Notes: generated from the letters alone by a model not told the origin. DNA of 64,000 nt from an uncultured Bacteroidota bacterium (GCA_963703365.1 OY969815.1:2814910-2878909), one strand, 5' to 3'; numbered from the stretch's first letter, positions 40,375 through 50,945 are shown. Made by a program: numbers and translations.

Positions 40375-41715
40375 TCAGTCTGCAAAATTAAAAGAGTCTA
40401 AGAAGTGAGTGTCGAACTCGCCCTTCCTGAACCGCTCATCTTTCATAACTTTAATGTGGAAAGGTATCGTGGTCGCGACGCCTTCAACGATAAATTCTTC
40501 GAGTGCACGGGACATTCTGTCAATAGTTTCTTCTCTATTCGAACCGAACGTTATGAGTTTTGCAATCAGCGAATCATAATACGGCGGAATCATGTAGCCG
40601 ACGTAAGCGTGTGAATCGACCCGCACTCCATACCCGCCGGGTGTGTGAAATCCTGTGATCGTGCCGGGATTCGGACGAAAATCTTTATACGGGTCTTCGG
40701 CGTTTATCCGGCATTCGATTGCGTGGCCGGTCTGTTTCAATTTTTTCTTGCTGACCTTTGCCCCAGCAGCTAAGTTGATCTGCTCTTTCACAAGATCGAA
40801 GCCTGTAACTTGCTCCGTCACCGGATGCTCGACTTGAATTCTCGTGTTCATTTCCATGAAATAGAAATTTTTATACTTATCAACAAGGAACTCGATCGTC
40901 CCCGCGCCTTCGTATTTCACACTCTTTGCTCCCTTTACGGCGGCTGCACCCATCTTCTCGCGAAGCTCCACATCGACAACCGGCGATGGAGATTCCTCGA
41001 TCAACTTTTGGTGTCGTCGCTGAATCGAACACTCGCGTTCGCCGAGATGAATGACTTCGCCATGCTGGTCGCCGAGGATCTGAAATTCGACATGGCGCGG
41101 TCCCTCGACATACTTTTCAATATAAACATTCCGATTTCCGAAAGCGGCTTCGGCTTCTGTTTGAGCCATTTGAAATTGTCTGTCAAACTCCTCTGCATTC
41201 CATACAAGCCGCATTCCTTTTCCGCCTCCCCCTGCGGTCGCTTTTATAATAACCGGATATCCAACTCCATCTGTGAGTTCCTTCGCTTCTTTGACATCTT
41301 CAATCGTACCATCACTACCGGGGACAACCGGCACGCCGGCTTTGCGCATCGTCTCTTTTGCAGAAGCTTTGTCGCCCATGGCAGTGATCATTTCCGGTGT
41401 CGGCCCAATAAATTTTATTCCGCTGCTCTGGCAAATTTCAGAGAACTGGGCATTCTCCGCAAGAAATCCGTAACCAGGATGGATCGCATCAGCGTTTGTA
41501 ATTTCCGCTGCTGCGATGATGCGTGGAATATTCAGATAGCTTTCTCGACTAGGGGGCGGTCCGATACAGACAGCTTCATCGGCAAACCGGACATGTAGTG
41601 AATCACGATCGGCTTCCGAGTAAACCGCAACCGACTTGATGCCAAGCTCTTTACAACTCCGTATTACACGAAGTGCGATCTCGCCTCGATTTGCAATTAA
41701 TATTTTATTGAACAA
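40375..41715 (-). CDS. accC: Acetyl-CoA carboxylase biotin carboxylase subunit
   Basis: 446 aa. N-terminus [19 protein letters not shown], an ATP-grasp fold, and the [13 protein letters not shown] motif. Confidence 0.95.
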   Translation of the reverse strand: MFNKILIANRGEIALRVIRSCKELGIKSVAVYSEADRDSLHVRFADEAVCIGPPPSRESYLNIPRIIAAAEITNADAIHPGYGFLAENAQFSEICQSSGIKFIGPTPEMITAMGDKASAKETMRKAGVPVVPGSDGTIEDVKEAKELTDGVGYPVIIKATAGGGGKGMRLVWNAEEFDRQFQMAQTEAEAAFGNRNVYIEKYVEGPRHVEFQILGDQHGEVIHLGERECSIQRRHQKLIEESPSPVVDVELREKMGAAAVKGAKSVKYEGAGTIEFLVDKYKNFYFMEMNTRIQVEHPVTEQVTGFDLVKEQINLAAGAKVSKKKLKQTGHAIECRINAEDPYKDFRPNPGTITGFHTPGGYGVRVDSHAYVGYMIPPYYDSLIAKLITFGSNREETIDRMSRALEEFIVEGVATTIPFHIKVMKDERFRKGEFDTHFLDSFNFAD

Positions 41716-41911
41716 TCAAAACCTGTGTTTTTTTACAGAGAATCATTGCATGTTCGAACAAAAAATTCCAACCACGAAATTAGAAATTCTAAACAATATC
41801 AAAATCCAAAAATCAAAAAGTGAGGAATCTTATCTTGAATTTTTGTCATTCGAATTTATTTAGAGTTTAGAATTTTCTTTCATATCCGCTTCTGCTCGTC
41901 ATTGTTAAGAA

Positions 41912-42400
41912 TCAAGCAGGATCCACCAAGAAAAGCGGCTGATTGTATTCGACCGCCTGTCCATTTTCAACAAGAATTTGCACCACTTTGCCGGCGACAT
42001 CCGACTCGATTTCGTTCATCAGCTTCATTGCTTCAATTATGCAGAGAACCGTTCCTTGCTGAACACTGGACCCGACTTGAACATACGGATCGGCGTTCGG
42101 CGCAGGCGCTCGGTAAAAAGTTCCAACGATAGGAGAACGGACTTCGTGAAATTTTTTCTCTTCAGTTTTTGGAGAAGAAATCGGTTCCGTGGCGGGCAAC
42201 GGATCTGCTTTCGGTGCATTAGAAGATTGTGGAGCCGCCGGAGGCTGTGAAACAAACTGTGGAATAAAAGTCGGGACCGCGAAAGAATTATGATGAGCCT
42301 TACTAACTCTCACCTTCTTTCCTTCTTCCTCAATTTCTATTTCGTCAACTCCGCTTTCGTCCAGAAGTTTGATGAGTTTCTTGATGTAGCTAATATCCAT
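41912..42400 (-). CDS. accB: Acetyl-CoA carboxylase biotin carboxyl carrier protein
   Basis: 162 aa with a Pro/Ala linker and the biotinylation motif IIEAMKLMNEI. Confidence 0.9.
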   Translation of the reverse strand: MDISYIKKLIKLLDESGVDEIEIEEEGKKVRVSKAHHNSFAVPTFIPQFVSQPPAAPQSSNAPKADPLPATEPISSPKTEEKKFHEVRSPIVGTFYRAPAPNADPYVQVGSSVQQGTVLCIIEAMKLMNEIESDVAGKVVQILVENGQAVEYNQPLFLVDPA

Positions 42401-42493
42401 ATCGACTCCGATCCTGAAAATCCATTATGTAAAATGAAAAAGTCCCGGTTTTGGTCGGGACAATTTTTCCGTCCGCATGTTACAGGGACAGAT

Positions 42494-43054
42494 TTACTTT
42501 ACGCGTTCTACATACACGGCGGTGCGCGTGTCTATTTTCAACAGCTCTCCCTCGTTTACGAAAAGAGGAACGTTTACGACTGCGCCAGTTTCTAACTTTG
42601 CCGACTTCATGACATTGTTGACGCTGTCGCCTTTCATTCCAGGTTCCGTCTCAACAACTCTGAGATTAACAAAAATCGGGATTTCGACTCCGATTATCTC
42701 TGTCCCATTAAATGAAATTTGAACGTTCTCATTCTCTTTGAGAAATTTGCTTCCTTCACCGATGATTTCTTCAGGAATTTGAATTTGGTCATAAGTCTCG
42801 TTCTCCATGAAGACCAGCATATCACCATCGCGGTACAGATACTGGTATGTGCGCATCTCGATTCTTACTACATCGACATCCTCGCCTGCGCGGAATCTAT
42901 TTTCGATTACCCGCCCGGTCTTAATATTTTTCATCTTCGCGCGAACGAAAGCTCGCCAATTGCCTGGGTTCACGTGCTGGAACTCAACAATTGTCCAAAG
43001 ATCATTATTATAACGAATTGTCAATCCTGCTCTGAAATCAGAAGTTGTTGCCAT
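42494..43054 (-). CDS. efp: Elongation factor P
   Basis: 186 aa with typical EF-P sequence (F.HV.PGNWRAFVRAKMKN..TG). It forms the conserved efp-accB-accC cluster. Confidence 0.95.
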   Translation of the reverse strand: MATTSDFRAGLTIRYNNDLWTIVEFQHVNPGNWRAFVRAKMKNIKTGRVIENRFRAGEDVDVVRIEMRTYQYLYRDGDMLVFMENETYDQIQIPEEIIGEGSKFLKENENVQISFNGTEIIGVEIPIFVNLRVVETEPGMKGDSVNNVMKSAKLETGAVVNVPLFVNEGELLKIDTRTAVYVERVK

Positions 43055-43229
43055 AATTTCTCGTAAATCTTGATATTTCGTGGATGTTGCTTAGAAATAT
43101 AGTTTCAGAGGCGCCAAGAATCAAGGAAAGGCAAGCCAGGTTTCGGTCGACAAGATGTTCTGTAAGCATGTCTACTTGCTTGGTCAACTGTCAGATATGT
43201 GATTGTACTAACGGAGAAGAAGTTTTCAC

Positions 43230-43272
43230 TTGACATATATAGATATATGCCTTATTATACATATATACATAT
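43230..43272 (+). promoter_or_regulatory. Putative promoter (TTGACA-17-TATTAT) overlapped by two direct ACATATATA(G/C)ATAT repeats (candidate ArsR/SdpR operator)
   Basis: TTGACA is at 43230-43235 and TATTAT at 43253-43258. The repeats lie at 43233-43246 and 43259-43272, 26 nt apart, just upstream of the ArsR-family gene. Confidence 0.35.
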
Positions 43273-43282
43273 TACAAACAAC

Positions 43283-43555
43283 ATGAAGAATATTGGAAAT
43301 ATTTTTTCTGCTCTAAGCGATCCTACAAGGAGGGTAATCCTTGAAAATCTTCGCAGTCAAGACCTGACGCCGACGGAACTACTTGAAAAAATCGATGTGA
43401 GTCAACCCACTCTGTCGCATCATCTTGACATTCTGAAGCGGGCGGAGCTAATCGAAGGAACACGCGAAGGGCAATTCATTCGCTACTCACTCAACATGAC
43501 CATCTTCGAGATGGCTTTGGAATATATGACGTCACTAACAAAAAGGAGAAAATAG
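43283..43555 (+). CDS. ArsR/SmtB family transcriptional regulator (SdpR-like)
   Basis: FSALSDPTRRVILENL...QPTLSHHLDILKRAELI is a wHTH signature. The start was moved to the ATG at 43283. Confidence 0.8.
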   Translation: MKNIGNIFSALSDPTRRVILENLRSQDLTPTELLEKIDVSQPTLSHHLDILKRAELIEGTREGQFIRYSLNMTIFEMALEYMTSLTKRRK

Positions 43556-43556
43556 T

Positions 43557-44222
43557 ATGAGATTATTCTGGAAACAAGAAATGTTTGGCGCAATCGTCCT
43601 GGTCGCGATGGCGTTGGTCGTGATTTACTATTATCCATTGGTTCCCGATCCGATGCCGAGCCACTTCGACATGCACTGGAATGTAGATGGATGGATGCGG
43701 AAAGATAGTTTTCTCATCATGATGGCCTTAATAATAATTCTTCCTTATCTGCTGTTTACGTTTCTGCCGTTCGTCGACCCTCTAAGAAAAAAAATCGAGC
43801 CTCGATTCAAAACCGTTTTATTAATCCGTGACGTTCTACTTATTTTCCTGTCCTTCCTTCTTTTCCTGATTCTCAAGGGAGCAACTGAAGGTAAACTTAG
43901 CCCCAGCATGATAATGGTTGCCCTGGGATTTCTGTTTATTCTACTCGGCAACTATATGCCGAAGCTGCCGCAGAATTGGTTTATCGGAATCAGAACACCA
44001 TGGACCATATCTTCTGAAGTCGTATGGCGCAAGACTCATAATTTGGGAGGATGGCTGTTCATACTTTCCGGAGCAGTCTTCATCATTTATGGCTTGTTTG
44101 ATTCCGGAAGCATAGTTCCTTTCGCGACGATCATCTTCACGGCACTCTTCATCACCACATACTCATTTTATGAGTTCAAGAAAATCGAAAAACAAAGGAA
44201 TGCGGGAGGAGATAAGTCTTAG
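43557..44222 (+). CDS. SdpI/YhfL-family membrane protein with N-terminal DUF1648-like region
   Basis: 221 aa with about 6 TM helices and the motif NWFIGIRTPWT typical of SdpI-like proteins. It starts 1 nt after the arsR-family stop. Confidence 0.7.
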   Translation: MRLFWKQEMFGAIVLVAMALVVIYYYPLVPDPMPSHFDMHWNVDGWMRKDSFLIMMALIIILPYLLFTFLPFVDPLRKKIEPRFKTVLLIRDVLLIFLSFLLFLILKGATEGKLSPSMIMVALGFLFILLGNYMPKLPQNWFIGIRTPWTISSEVVWRKTHNLGGWLFILSGAVFIIYGLFDSGSIVPFATIIFTALFITTYSFYEFKKIEKQRNAGGDKS

Positions 44223-44310
44223 CAATTTTATTTGTACCAAAGACGCATTTTTCGGAACAATACGAGAGACTCACTGAATGAATCAATCTTGACAATCAAA
44301 GGAGACTAAA

Positions 44311-46086
44311 ATGCTGCAAAAGGTAAGAATTCTTAAACGGTTTACTTTGGCAATCGTGACATTGCTCTCTATTGCATTCTCCGCCGCGACGGCTCAGACT
44401 TCTGCGGGCACCTCCATAGTGGGAACGTGGCAGGGCGCTCTGGATGTCGGCGGTACCAAACTAAGAATAGTGTTCCATGTTGCTAAAACTGATGGCGGGA
44501 ATTTCGTTAGTACACTCGACAGCCCCGATCAAGCTGCAACCCGAATACCGGTCAGCAGCACGACTGTAAGGGAGGATTCGGTCATCCTCACCGTGGCATC
44601 CATTGGTGGTTTGTATATTGGCAGAATTTCTGGTGATAAATCCTCTATCGAAGGAAGATGGAACCAAGGCGGCGCTTCCTTCAGTCTCGCACTGAATCGT
44701 GCATCTACTGCTGCCGTAACGGTCCAGACTTCTGCCACAAACGCAACAGCCCAGACTTCTGTGGACACGTCCATTGTGGGCATGTGGCAGGGAACTCTGG
44801 ATGCCGGAGGCGTCAAACTGAGAGCGGTGTTCCATGTTGCTAAAACTGATAGCGACAAATTCGTCAGTACATTCGACAGCCCTGACCAAGGTGCAAACGG
44901 AATACCGGTCAGCAGTACGACTGTTAACGGGGACTCAGTCATATTCACCCTGGCATCCATCGGCGGTTCGTATGTTGGCAAAATCTCTGATGACAAATCC
45001 TCTATCGAAGGGAAATGGAGCCAAAACGGCGCTTCATTGGACCTCTCACTGAATCGCACATCTACTGCGGTCAAATTCAATAGGCCGCAGGAACCGAACC
45101 CGCCTTTTCCTTACAAATCTGAAGAAGTGTCTTTTGAAAACGAAACCACAGGAATGCATTATGCTGGAACACTAACTCTTCCCGATTCAGGTGGTCGGTT
45201 TCCAGCCGTCATTCTTATAACAGGCTCGGGCACGCATAACCGTAACGAGGAAGTCTTTGGACATAAGCCTTTTCTCGTTATTGCCGATTACTTGACAAGA
45301 AGGGGAATAGCCGTGTTGCGAATCGATGATCGAGGAATCGGCGGCTCCACCGGAAAGAAATCGGCTGTTACTTCTGCCGACCATGCGAAAGATGTGATTG
45401 CAGAAATTGAATTTCTCAAGAGTCGCCGTGACATCGATCCAAAGAGGATCGGACTCGTTGGACATAGCGAAGGCGGAATAATCGCCCCGCTTGTCGCGTC
45501 ACAATCGAAAGATGTTGCCTTCATCGTGCTTATGGGAGGACCTGGTGTTCCTGGGTATAAGATCATACTGAGTCAGTTGGCTCTCATCGACAAAGCTGCT
45601 GGAGAAAGCGATACCGCAATCAATGCTGCACTCAGCATGGAGAAGCGACTTCTTGATATAGTCATTACTGAAAAAGACTCTGTGAGAGCTGTCGGCAAAC
45701 TGAGGTATGTTCTCGAAACCGAGAACGCCGCGACTGCCGCAGCAGCTGAGGCATCGGTCGGCCAGTTGCTTTCACCATGGTACAGATCTTTTCTTTCGTA
45801 TGATCCGAATCCGGTTTTGCGGAAAGTGAAATGCCCTGTCCTCGCGCTGTGGGGCAGCAAAGATTTGCAGGTGTCACCTTCCGAGAATTTACCGGCGGTA
45901 GAGAGAGCTTTGAAAAGTGGAGGCAACAAAGACTTCAAGGTCGTTGAGATTCCGGGGCTCAATCATCTATTTCAGGATGCGAAGACGGGTTCACCGAACG
46001 AGTATGTGCAGATTGAGGAAACCTTCTCGCCCGCAGCGTTGAAAGTAATGGGTGACTGGATCTTAGAAAATACTGGTCAGAAGTAA
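44311..46086 (+). CDS. Secreted alpha/beta hydrolase with duplicated N-terminal domain
   Basis: Signal peptide, then two roughly 119-aa repeats, then an alpha/beta-hydrolase core (nucleophile elbow GHSEGG, distal LNHLF). Confidence 0.7.
   Translation: MLQKVRILKRFTLAIVTLLSIAFSAATAQTSAGTSIVGTWQGALDVGGTKLRIVFHVAKTDGGNFVSTLDSPDQAATRIPVSSTTVREDSVILTVASIGGLYIGRISGDKSSIEGRWNQGGASFSLALNRASTAAVTVQTSATNATAQTSVDTSIVGMWQGTLDAGGVKLRAVFHVAKTDSDKFVSTFDSPDQGANGIPVSSTTVNGDSVIFTLASIGGSYVGKISDDKSSIEGKWSQNGASLDLSLNRTSTAVKFNRPQEPNPPFPYKSEEVSFENETTGMHYAGTLTLPDSGGRFPAVILITGSGTHNRNEEVFGHKPFLVIADYLTRRGIAVLRIDDRGIGGSTGKKSAVTSADHAKDVIAEIEFLKSRRDIDPKRIGLVGHSEGGIIAPLVASQSKDVAFIVLMGGPGVPGYKIILSQLALIDKAAGESDTAINAALSMEKRLLDIVITEKDSVRAVGKLRYVLETENAATAAAAEASVGQLLSPWYRSFLSYDPNPVLRKVKCPVLALWGSKDLQVSPSENLPAVERALKSGGNKDFKVVEIPGLNHLFQDAKTGSPNEYVQIEETFSPAALKVMGDWILENTGQK
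44392..45072 (+). repeat. In-frame tandem duplication (2 x about 357 nt) inside the hydrolase gene
   Basis: The units start at 44392 (gctcagacttctgcgggc...) and 44749 (gcccagacttctgtggac...). By eye they share about 80% nucleotide identity. The protein repeats are AQTS.GTSIVGTWQG.LD.GG.KLR.VFHVAKTD... Confidence 0.85.
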
Positions 46087-46185
46087 GAGGTCAGATTCAA
46101 AATTGCAGCTCAAGGGTCAAAACTGAAAGTTTTGAGTACGGGGTACAAAGTTTAGGCTTTGACCTTTGATTTTTGATGTGCCATT

Positions 46186-46725
46186 TCATTTCTTTAGCTT
46201 ATCATGGTACAGCTTCCTGAACTTCGCCACCTTCGGCGCAATTACGTTGCGACAATACGGTTGGTTCGGATTGTTCGAGAAATATTCTTGGTGATACCCT
46301 TCAGCATCGTAGAAATTTTTGAAAGGTGAGAGTTCGGTCACGATCGGATCGTCCCAGATTTTTTCCGATTCGATTTCATTTATGACTTCCATAGCGATTC
46401 GCTTCTGTTCTTCATCGTAGTAAAAAATAACTGATCGATATTGAGTTCCGGTGTCGTTGCCTTGTCGGTTCAAGGTCGTCGGATCATGGACGGTAAAGAA
46501 AACTCTCAGGATATCTCGATATGGAATGGCATTCGGGTCAAACGTAACATTCACAACTTCTGCATGTCCGGTTTTGCCAGTGCAGACTTGCCTGTAGGTC
46601 GGATGTGACACCGTGCCGCCAGAATAACCCGCCTCGACACCGGTTACCCCTCTTAGATCATCGAACACGGCTTCGGTGCACCAGAAACAACCGCCGCCAA
46701 GGGTAGCAATCGTTTTATTATCCAT
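46186..46725 (-). CDS. msrA: Peptide-methionine (S)-S-oxide reductase
   Basis: GGGCFWC active-site motif, 179 aa. Confidence 0.9.
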   Translation of the reverse strand: MDNKTIATLGGGCFWCTEAVFDDLRGVTGVEAGYSGGTVSHPTYRQVCTGKTGHAEVVNVTFDPNAIPYRDILRVFFTVHDPTTLNRQGNDTGTQYRSVIFYYDEEQKRIAMEVINEIESEKIWDDPIVTELSPFKNFYDAEGYHQEYFSNNPNQPYCRNVIAPKVAKFRKLYHDKLKK

Positions 46726-49700
46726 TTATTTTCATCACCTCAATAAGTCTTTCCAGTCGCTCGATTTTTTCACCATCATTGTGCGGAAGGGTCGAGGTGA
46801 AAGTTATCTCCAATCTGGCCTGAGATTTCTCTTGTGTGATGTGATGCTTTATGTCGTCGACTCTGTCGAGCGCATTCATCATCATCGGGAAAATTTCCTT
46901 GTAAAATTCTTGGTCGTCGGAAGGCATATGCAATTTGACTATAGCGCCGTGCATCTCAAGTTTCGGAATCCGAAGCGGTTCAAGTTTTATTTTAAGTTTG
47001 ATCAGCTTCAAGAGATTTTCGGCAGGTTTTGGAATCTTCCCGAACCTGTCTAATAATTCAGCCCGCATGTCGTCGATCTCCTCAACTTTCCCCTCACGCG
47101 AGAGTCGTTTGTAAAAATCAAATCTCTCCGCATCGAGCGAGATGTAATCATCGGGAATAAAAGCATCGACATCGACAGTGACCTGCGGTTCGACTTTCCT
47201 GCGCGTCAATGTGTCTAATTGCTCCGTCAAGTTTTCTTCGAACTTCGCTTCCGCAACTGCCTCTTCGAGTACTTTGTTGTACATTTCGAAACCCATGTTG
47301 TTGATGAAGCCGCTCTGTTCTTTGCCAAGGAGATTTCCCGCACCACGTATTTCAAGGTCACGCATCGCAAGGTTGAATCCGGAACCTAACTCGCTGAACT
47401 CCTCAATTGCGGTAAGTCTTCTTACGGCGTCTCTTGTGAGATTTGAGAATTCCTTCGCGATGAGGTAAGCATACGCCTGAACGTTCGAGCGGCCGATCCT
47501 TCCTCTAAGCTGGTACAGCTCTGCAAGTCCGAACCTATCGGCGTTGTTCACAATAAGTGTGTTGACCGACGGAATGTCGATTCCCGATTCGATTATTTTC
47601 GTTGCAATTAGAACATTCAGTTTCTTTTCAAGGAAATGTATCATGGTGCGCTCGATCTCCGCCGCTTTCATTTTGCCGTGAATGATTCCTGCCTTAGCCG
47701 ATGGTGCGCGACGATGCACGAAATTTGCAAGCTTGCCGAGATCCCTCACTGTATCGCTGACGATATAAACTTGCCCGCCTCGATTCAGCTCGCGCTCGAT
47801 CACGGATTGGAGGAGCTTTCCGTCAAAATTCACGATGTAAGTGTCTATCGGGAGCCTGTTCGCCGGCGGAGTTTGCAAGATCGAAATGTCCATCGCTGAA
47901 GATAGCGACATATAAAGTGTCCGGGGAATCGGCGTGGCAGTCATGTAAAGCGTATCGACATTTGCTTTGAGTTTCCGTATTTTTTCTTTTGCTTCGACGC
48001 CAAAGCGATGTTCCTCATCGACGATCAGAAGCCCGAGATCATGGAACACCGCGTCGCCGGAAAGAAGTCTGTGAGTTCCAATAATTATATCAATCGTTCC
48101 TTCTTTCAGTTTCTCAAGAATTGTTTTCTGCTCCGACTTTTTTCTGAAGCGCGAAAGGACCGCTACCTTCACTGCGTAGTCGGAAAGACGATCTTGAAAC
48201 GTGTTGTAATGCTGCTCGGCGAGTATTGTCGTCGGCACAAGTACGGCGGTTTGTTTTCCGCTCATCACGGCCTTGAAGGCAGCACGCACTGCAACCTCGG
48301 TTTTTCCGAATCCGACATCTCCGCAAAGGAGCCTGTCCATTGGGTTTTCGGTCTCCATGTTGTTTTTTATTTCCGATGTTGCACGAACCTGATCCGGGGT
48401 GTCTTCATATACAAATGAAGCTTCAAGCTCATGCTGCCAGATGCTGTCTTTCTGAAATGAAAAACCTTTCGATTTTTTCCGCTCCGCGTAAAGTTTGATC
48501 AGATCCTTTGCAATGTCCTTTAATTTTCCTTTTGCGCGAGTTTTCATCAACTGCCATTCGACGCCACCCAGTTTGGAAAGTTTCGGTTTGAATCCATCTT
48601 CAGATGCATAACGTTGAAGCTTGCCGACATAATCGACATTCACATAAAGCATATCACCTTCTGCATATTCAATCTTAACGCATTCCTGAACGCTCTCGAT
48701 AATCTTCAGCTTTTCCATCCCGAGAAATCTTCCTATGCCATATTCTTCATGAACCACATAATCGCCTTTGCGTAGTGAGTTCAAGTCGCGGCGTAAAAGC
48801 CCGACAAATTTTTTGGCTTTCTCTTTCCGTGAAATTAGCGGCGAACGCCTGCCGAATATTTCATGCTCGGTGAGAAGCGCAAACTTGTCGTCCGGCAAAA
48901 TGAACCCGGCCGACAACGAGGCTTGAATAACTTTCACCTCCTGTTTGAGCATCGTGCCGTTCATCTCGTCATACTCGTTGAGCAAGTTCAGAAAATTTTC
49001 TTCGAGATGTTTCGTACTCGATGCGACTACAATCTTATAGCCGTCCGAGAAAAGTTCGGCAATTTTGTTTGCCGCCAACTGAAGTTTTCCACCGAATGTC
49101 GGCTGCGGAATTACGTTTATGTCAAAATCTGTATCATTGCGCTCGACGACTTTCCAATAAATCAAACTTGCTCTATCTGAGACTGTTTTTGCAAATTTAC
49201 CGAAATCAGAAAGTTGTTCTTCATCTATTGCAGACGGCTCATAAAAAATTATCCTTGTGCCCTTAGGGATTTGGTCGGCAAACGGTGATGTCTGTTTGTT
49301 TGAGTCGGCAAATGGGAGGAGCGTAAATGTCTCGATGGTTTCTATCGACCGTTGTGTAATTGGATCGAAAATTCTTATCGAGTCAACATTATCGCCGAAG
49401 AAGTCGACCCTAATTGGGTTTGCGCTCGACTCGGGGAAAATATCAATGATGCTTCCGCGCATCGCGAAGTCGCCGACCTCTTCGACATAATCTTTCCGTT
49501 GGTAGCCGTATTTTAAAAGTTTAGGAATGAGATCGTTGTGATTGGTTTCGGAGCGTTTCTGTATTATAACGGCAGTTCGCCGCAGCGAATCCTGAGTCGG
49601 CATATTCTTAAAAATGGTAGAATAATCAGCGACATAAAGATTTTCCTTTCCTAAATAGAATTCGAATAGCCCGGATAGATTTTGCCCGACCGATTCGGAA

Positions 49701-50026
49701 GATTCGTCTCCTGCAACAAGCTCGATAGGCGCAGTACCGGAAAACATTGTGAAGTCAGATTGTATCCGTTCGCTAATATCCTGCTCATTGATTACGAGAA
49801 GGAGGTTAGACTTTTCGGTTTTGAGAATTTCCGACAAAACGAGCGTGACGAACGGAACGCTGATGCAATGCACGCAGATTGATTTTGAATGGAGAATCAC
49901 CTCCATGGCCTTTCGAAAGGTTTCGAGAGAAGTCGGATTGTTTCCAGAAAATCCTCGGATTGAATTTTCGAATTGAGATTTTTTCGACACTATCGGTGAG
50001 AACCGGTCAGGCTTTTCGCTTCCCAA
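46718..50026 (-). CDS. mfd: Transcription-repair coupling factor
   Basis: 1102 aa with UvrB-homology N-terminus, RID/CarD-like domain, DEAD/DEAH helicase motifs (GDVGFGKTEVA, DEEH) and a TRG motif. The listed start is TTG and overlaps the murQ 3' end, so the exact start is uncertain. Confidence 0.9.
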   Translation of the reverse strand: MGSEKPDRFSPIVSKKSQFENSIRGFSGNNPTSLETFRKAMEVILHSKSICVHCISVPFVTLVLSEILKTEKSNLLLVINEQDISERIQSDFTMFSGTAPIELVAGDESSESVGQNLSGLFEFYLGKENLYVADYSTIFKNMPTQDSLRRTAVIIQKRSETNHNDLIPKLLKYGYQRKDYVEEVGDFAMRGSIIDIFPESSANPIRVDFFGDNVDSIRIFDPITQRSIETIETFTLLPFADSNKQTSPFADQIPKGTRIIFYEPSAIDEEQLSDFGKFAKTVSDRASLIYWKVVERNDTDFDINVIPQPTFGGKLQLAANKIAELFSDGYKIVVASSTKHLEENFLNLLNEYDEMNGTMLKQEVKVIQASLSAGFILPDDKFALLTEHEIFGRRSPLISRKEKAKKFVGLLRRDLNSLRKGDYVVHEEYGIGRFLGMEKLKIIESVQECVKIEYAEGDMLYVNVDYVGKLQRYASEDGFKPKLSKLGGVEWQLMKTRAKGKLKDIAKDLIKLYAERKKSKGFSFQKDSIWQHELEASFVYEDTPDQVRATSEIKNNMETENPMDRLLCGDVGFGKTEVAVRAAFKAVMSGKQTAVLVPTTILAEQHYNTFQDRLSDYAVKVAVLSRFRKKSEQKTILEKLKEGTIDIIIGTHRLLSGDAVFHDLGLLIVDEEHRFGVEAKEKIRKLKANVDTLYMTATPIPRTLYMSLSSAMDISILQTPPANRLPIDTYIVNFDGKLLQSVIERELNRGGQVYIVSDTVRDLGKLANFVHRRAPSAKAGIIHGKMKAAEIERTMIHFLEKKLNVLIATKIIESGIDIPSVNTLIVNNADRFGLAELYQLRGRIGRSNVQAYAYLIAKEFSNLTRDAVRRLTAIEEFSELGSGFNLAMRDLEIRGAGNLLGKEQSGFINNMGFEMYNKVLEEAVAEAKFEENLTEQLDTLTRRKVEPQVTVDVDAFIPDDYISLDAERFDFYKRLSREGKVEEIDDMRAELLDRFGKIPKPAENLLKLIKLKIKLEPLRIPKLEMHGAIVKLHMPSDDQEFYKEIFPMMMNALDRVDDIKHHITQEKSQARLEITFTSTLPHNDGEKIERLERLIEVMKING

Positions 50027-50945
50027 GACTTCCCTCGACTGCGCGTTTTACATATCCGTCAGATCTTTCAAGCCTTCGGTGTGCCTCCTGTGCACCAACG
50101 TTCGCACGAATCATCACTACGGCTGTTTTCACGTGTCCACCTGCTTTTTTCAAAACTTGTCCGGCGTTCTCGTAATCGACCCCCGTTATCGTCATAATAA
50201 TCCGCTTAGACCTCTCTTCTAATTTTTTATTCGTCATCTGGAGGTCAACCATCATATTCTCATAAACTTTTCCAAGTTTTATCATAACGGCAGTTGTGAT
50301 CATGTTCAAAACCATCTTTTGTGCAGTTCCGGATTTCATTCTCGTTGAGCCCATGATCACTTCCGGACCGACTTCCGGACAAATTGCGACATCAACATCG
50401 AGGTTAAACTGTGAACGAGGATTAGTTGTGACAAAAATTGTTTTCGCACCAAGCTCACGAGCCTTTTTGATTGCACCTACGACATACGGCGTCCGACGGC
50501 TCGCAGCTACTCCACATACGACGTCTTTCCCGTTTATGCCATATGCCATAATGTCGTTTGCACCATTCTCTTCGTGATCTTCGGCGCCTTCTTGCGCTTT
50601 CAGGAGAGCGGGCTTTCCACCTGCAATTAGCCCTTGAATCATTTCTGGATCAGAGCCGAACGTCGGTGGGCATTCCACCGCGTCTTGAACACCGATGCGC
50701 CCACTTGTCCCGGCACCCACATAAAAAAGTCGCCCTCCAATCTTGAATGCTTCAACAGCGATGTCAACAGCATACGCGATAGAAGAAAGCTCCTGCTCCA
50801 CGGCAAATGCAACTTTCTTGTCCTCATTGTTAACGACTTTCAAAATTTCAATTGTGGTTTTCGAGTCGATGTCCATCGATGCTGGGTTTCGATTCTCACT
50901 CGTGAGAGTTTTGAGTTGTTCAAACAATGCTTTTTGTCTGGTCAT
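50007..50945 (-). CDS. murQ: N-acetylmuramic acid 6-phosphate etherase
   Basis: SIS domain (GGRLFYVGAGTSGRIG..ECPPTFG). The start was moved to the ATG at 50945 (MTRQKALFEQL...), giving a typical 312 aa. Confidence 0.85.
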   Translation of the reverse strand: MTRQKALFEQLKTLTSENRNPASMDIDSKTTIEILKVVNNEDKKVAFAVEQELSSIAYAVDIAVEAFKIGGRLFYVGAGTSGRIGVQDAVECPPTFGSDPEMIQGLIAGGKPALLKAQEGAEDHEENGANDIMAYGINGKDVVCGVAASRRTPYVVGAIKKARELGAKTIFVTTNPRSQFNLDVDVAICPEVGPEVIMGSTRMKSGTAQKMVLNMITTAVMIKLGKVYENMMVDLQMTNKKLEERSKRIIMTITGVDYENAGQVLKKAGGHVKTAVVMIRANVGAQEAHRRLERSDGYVKRAVEGSLGKRKA

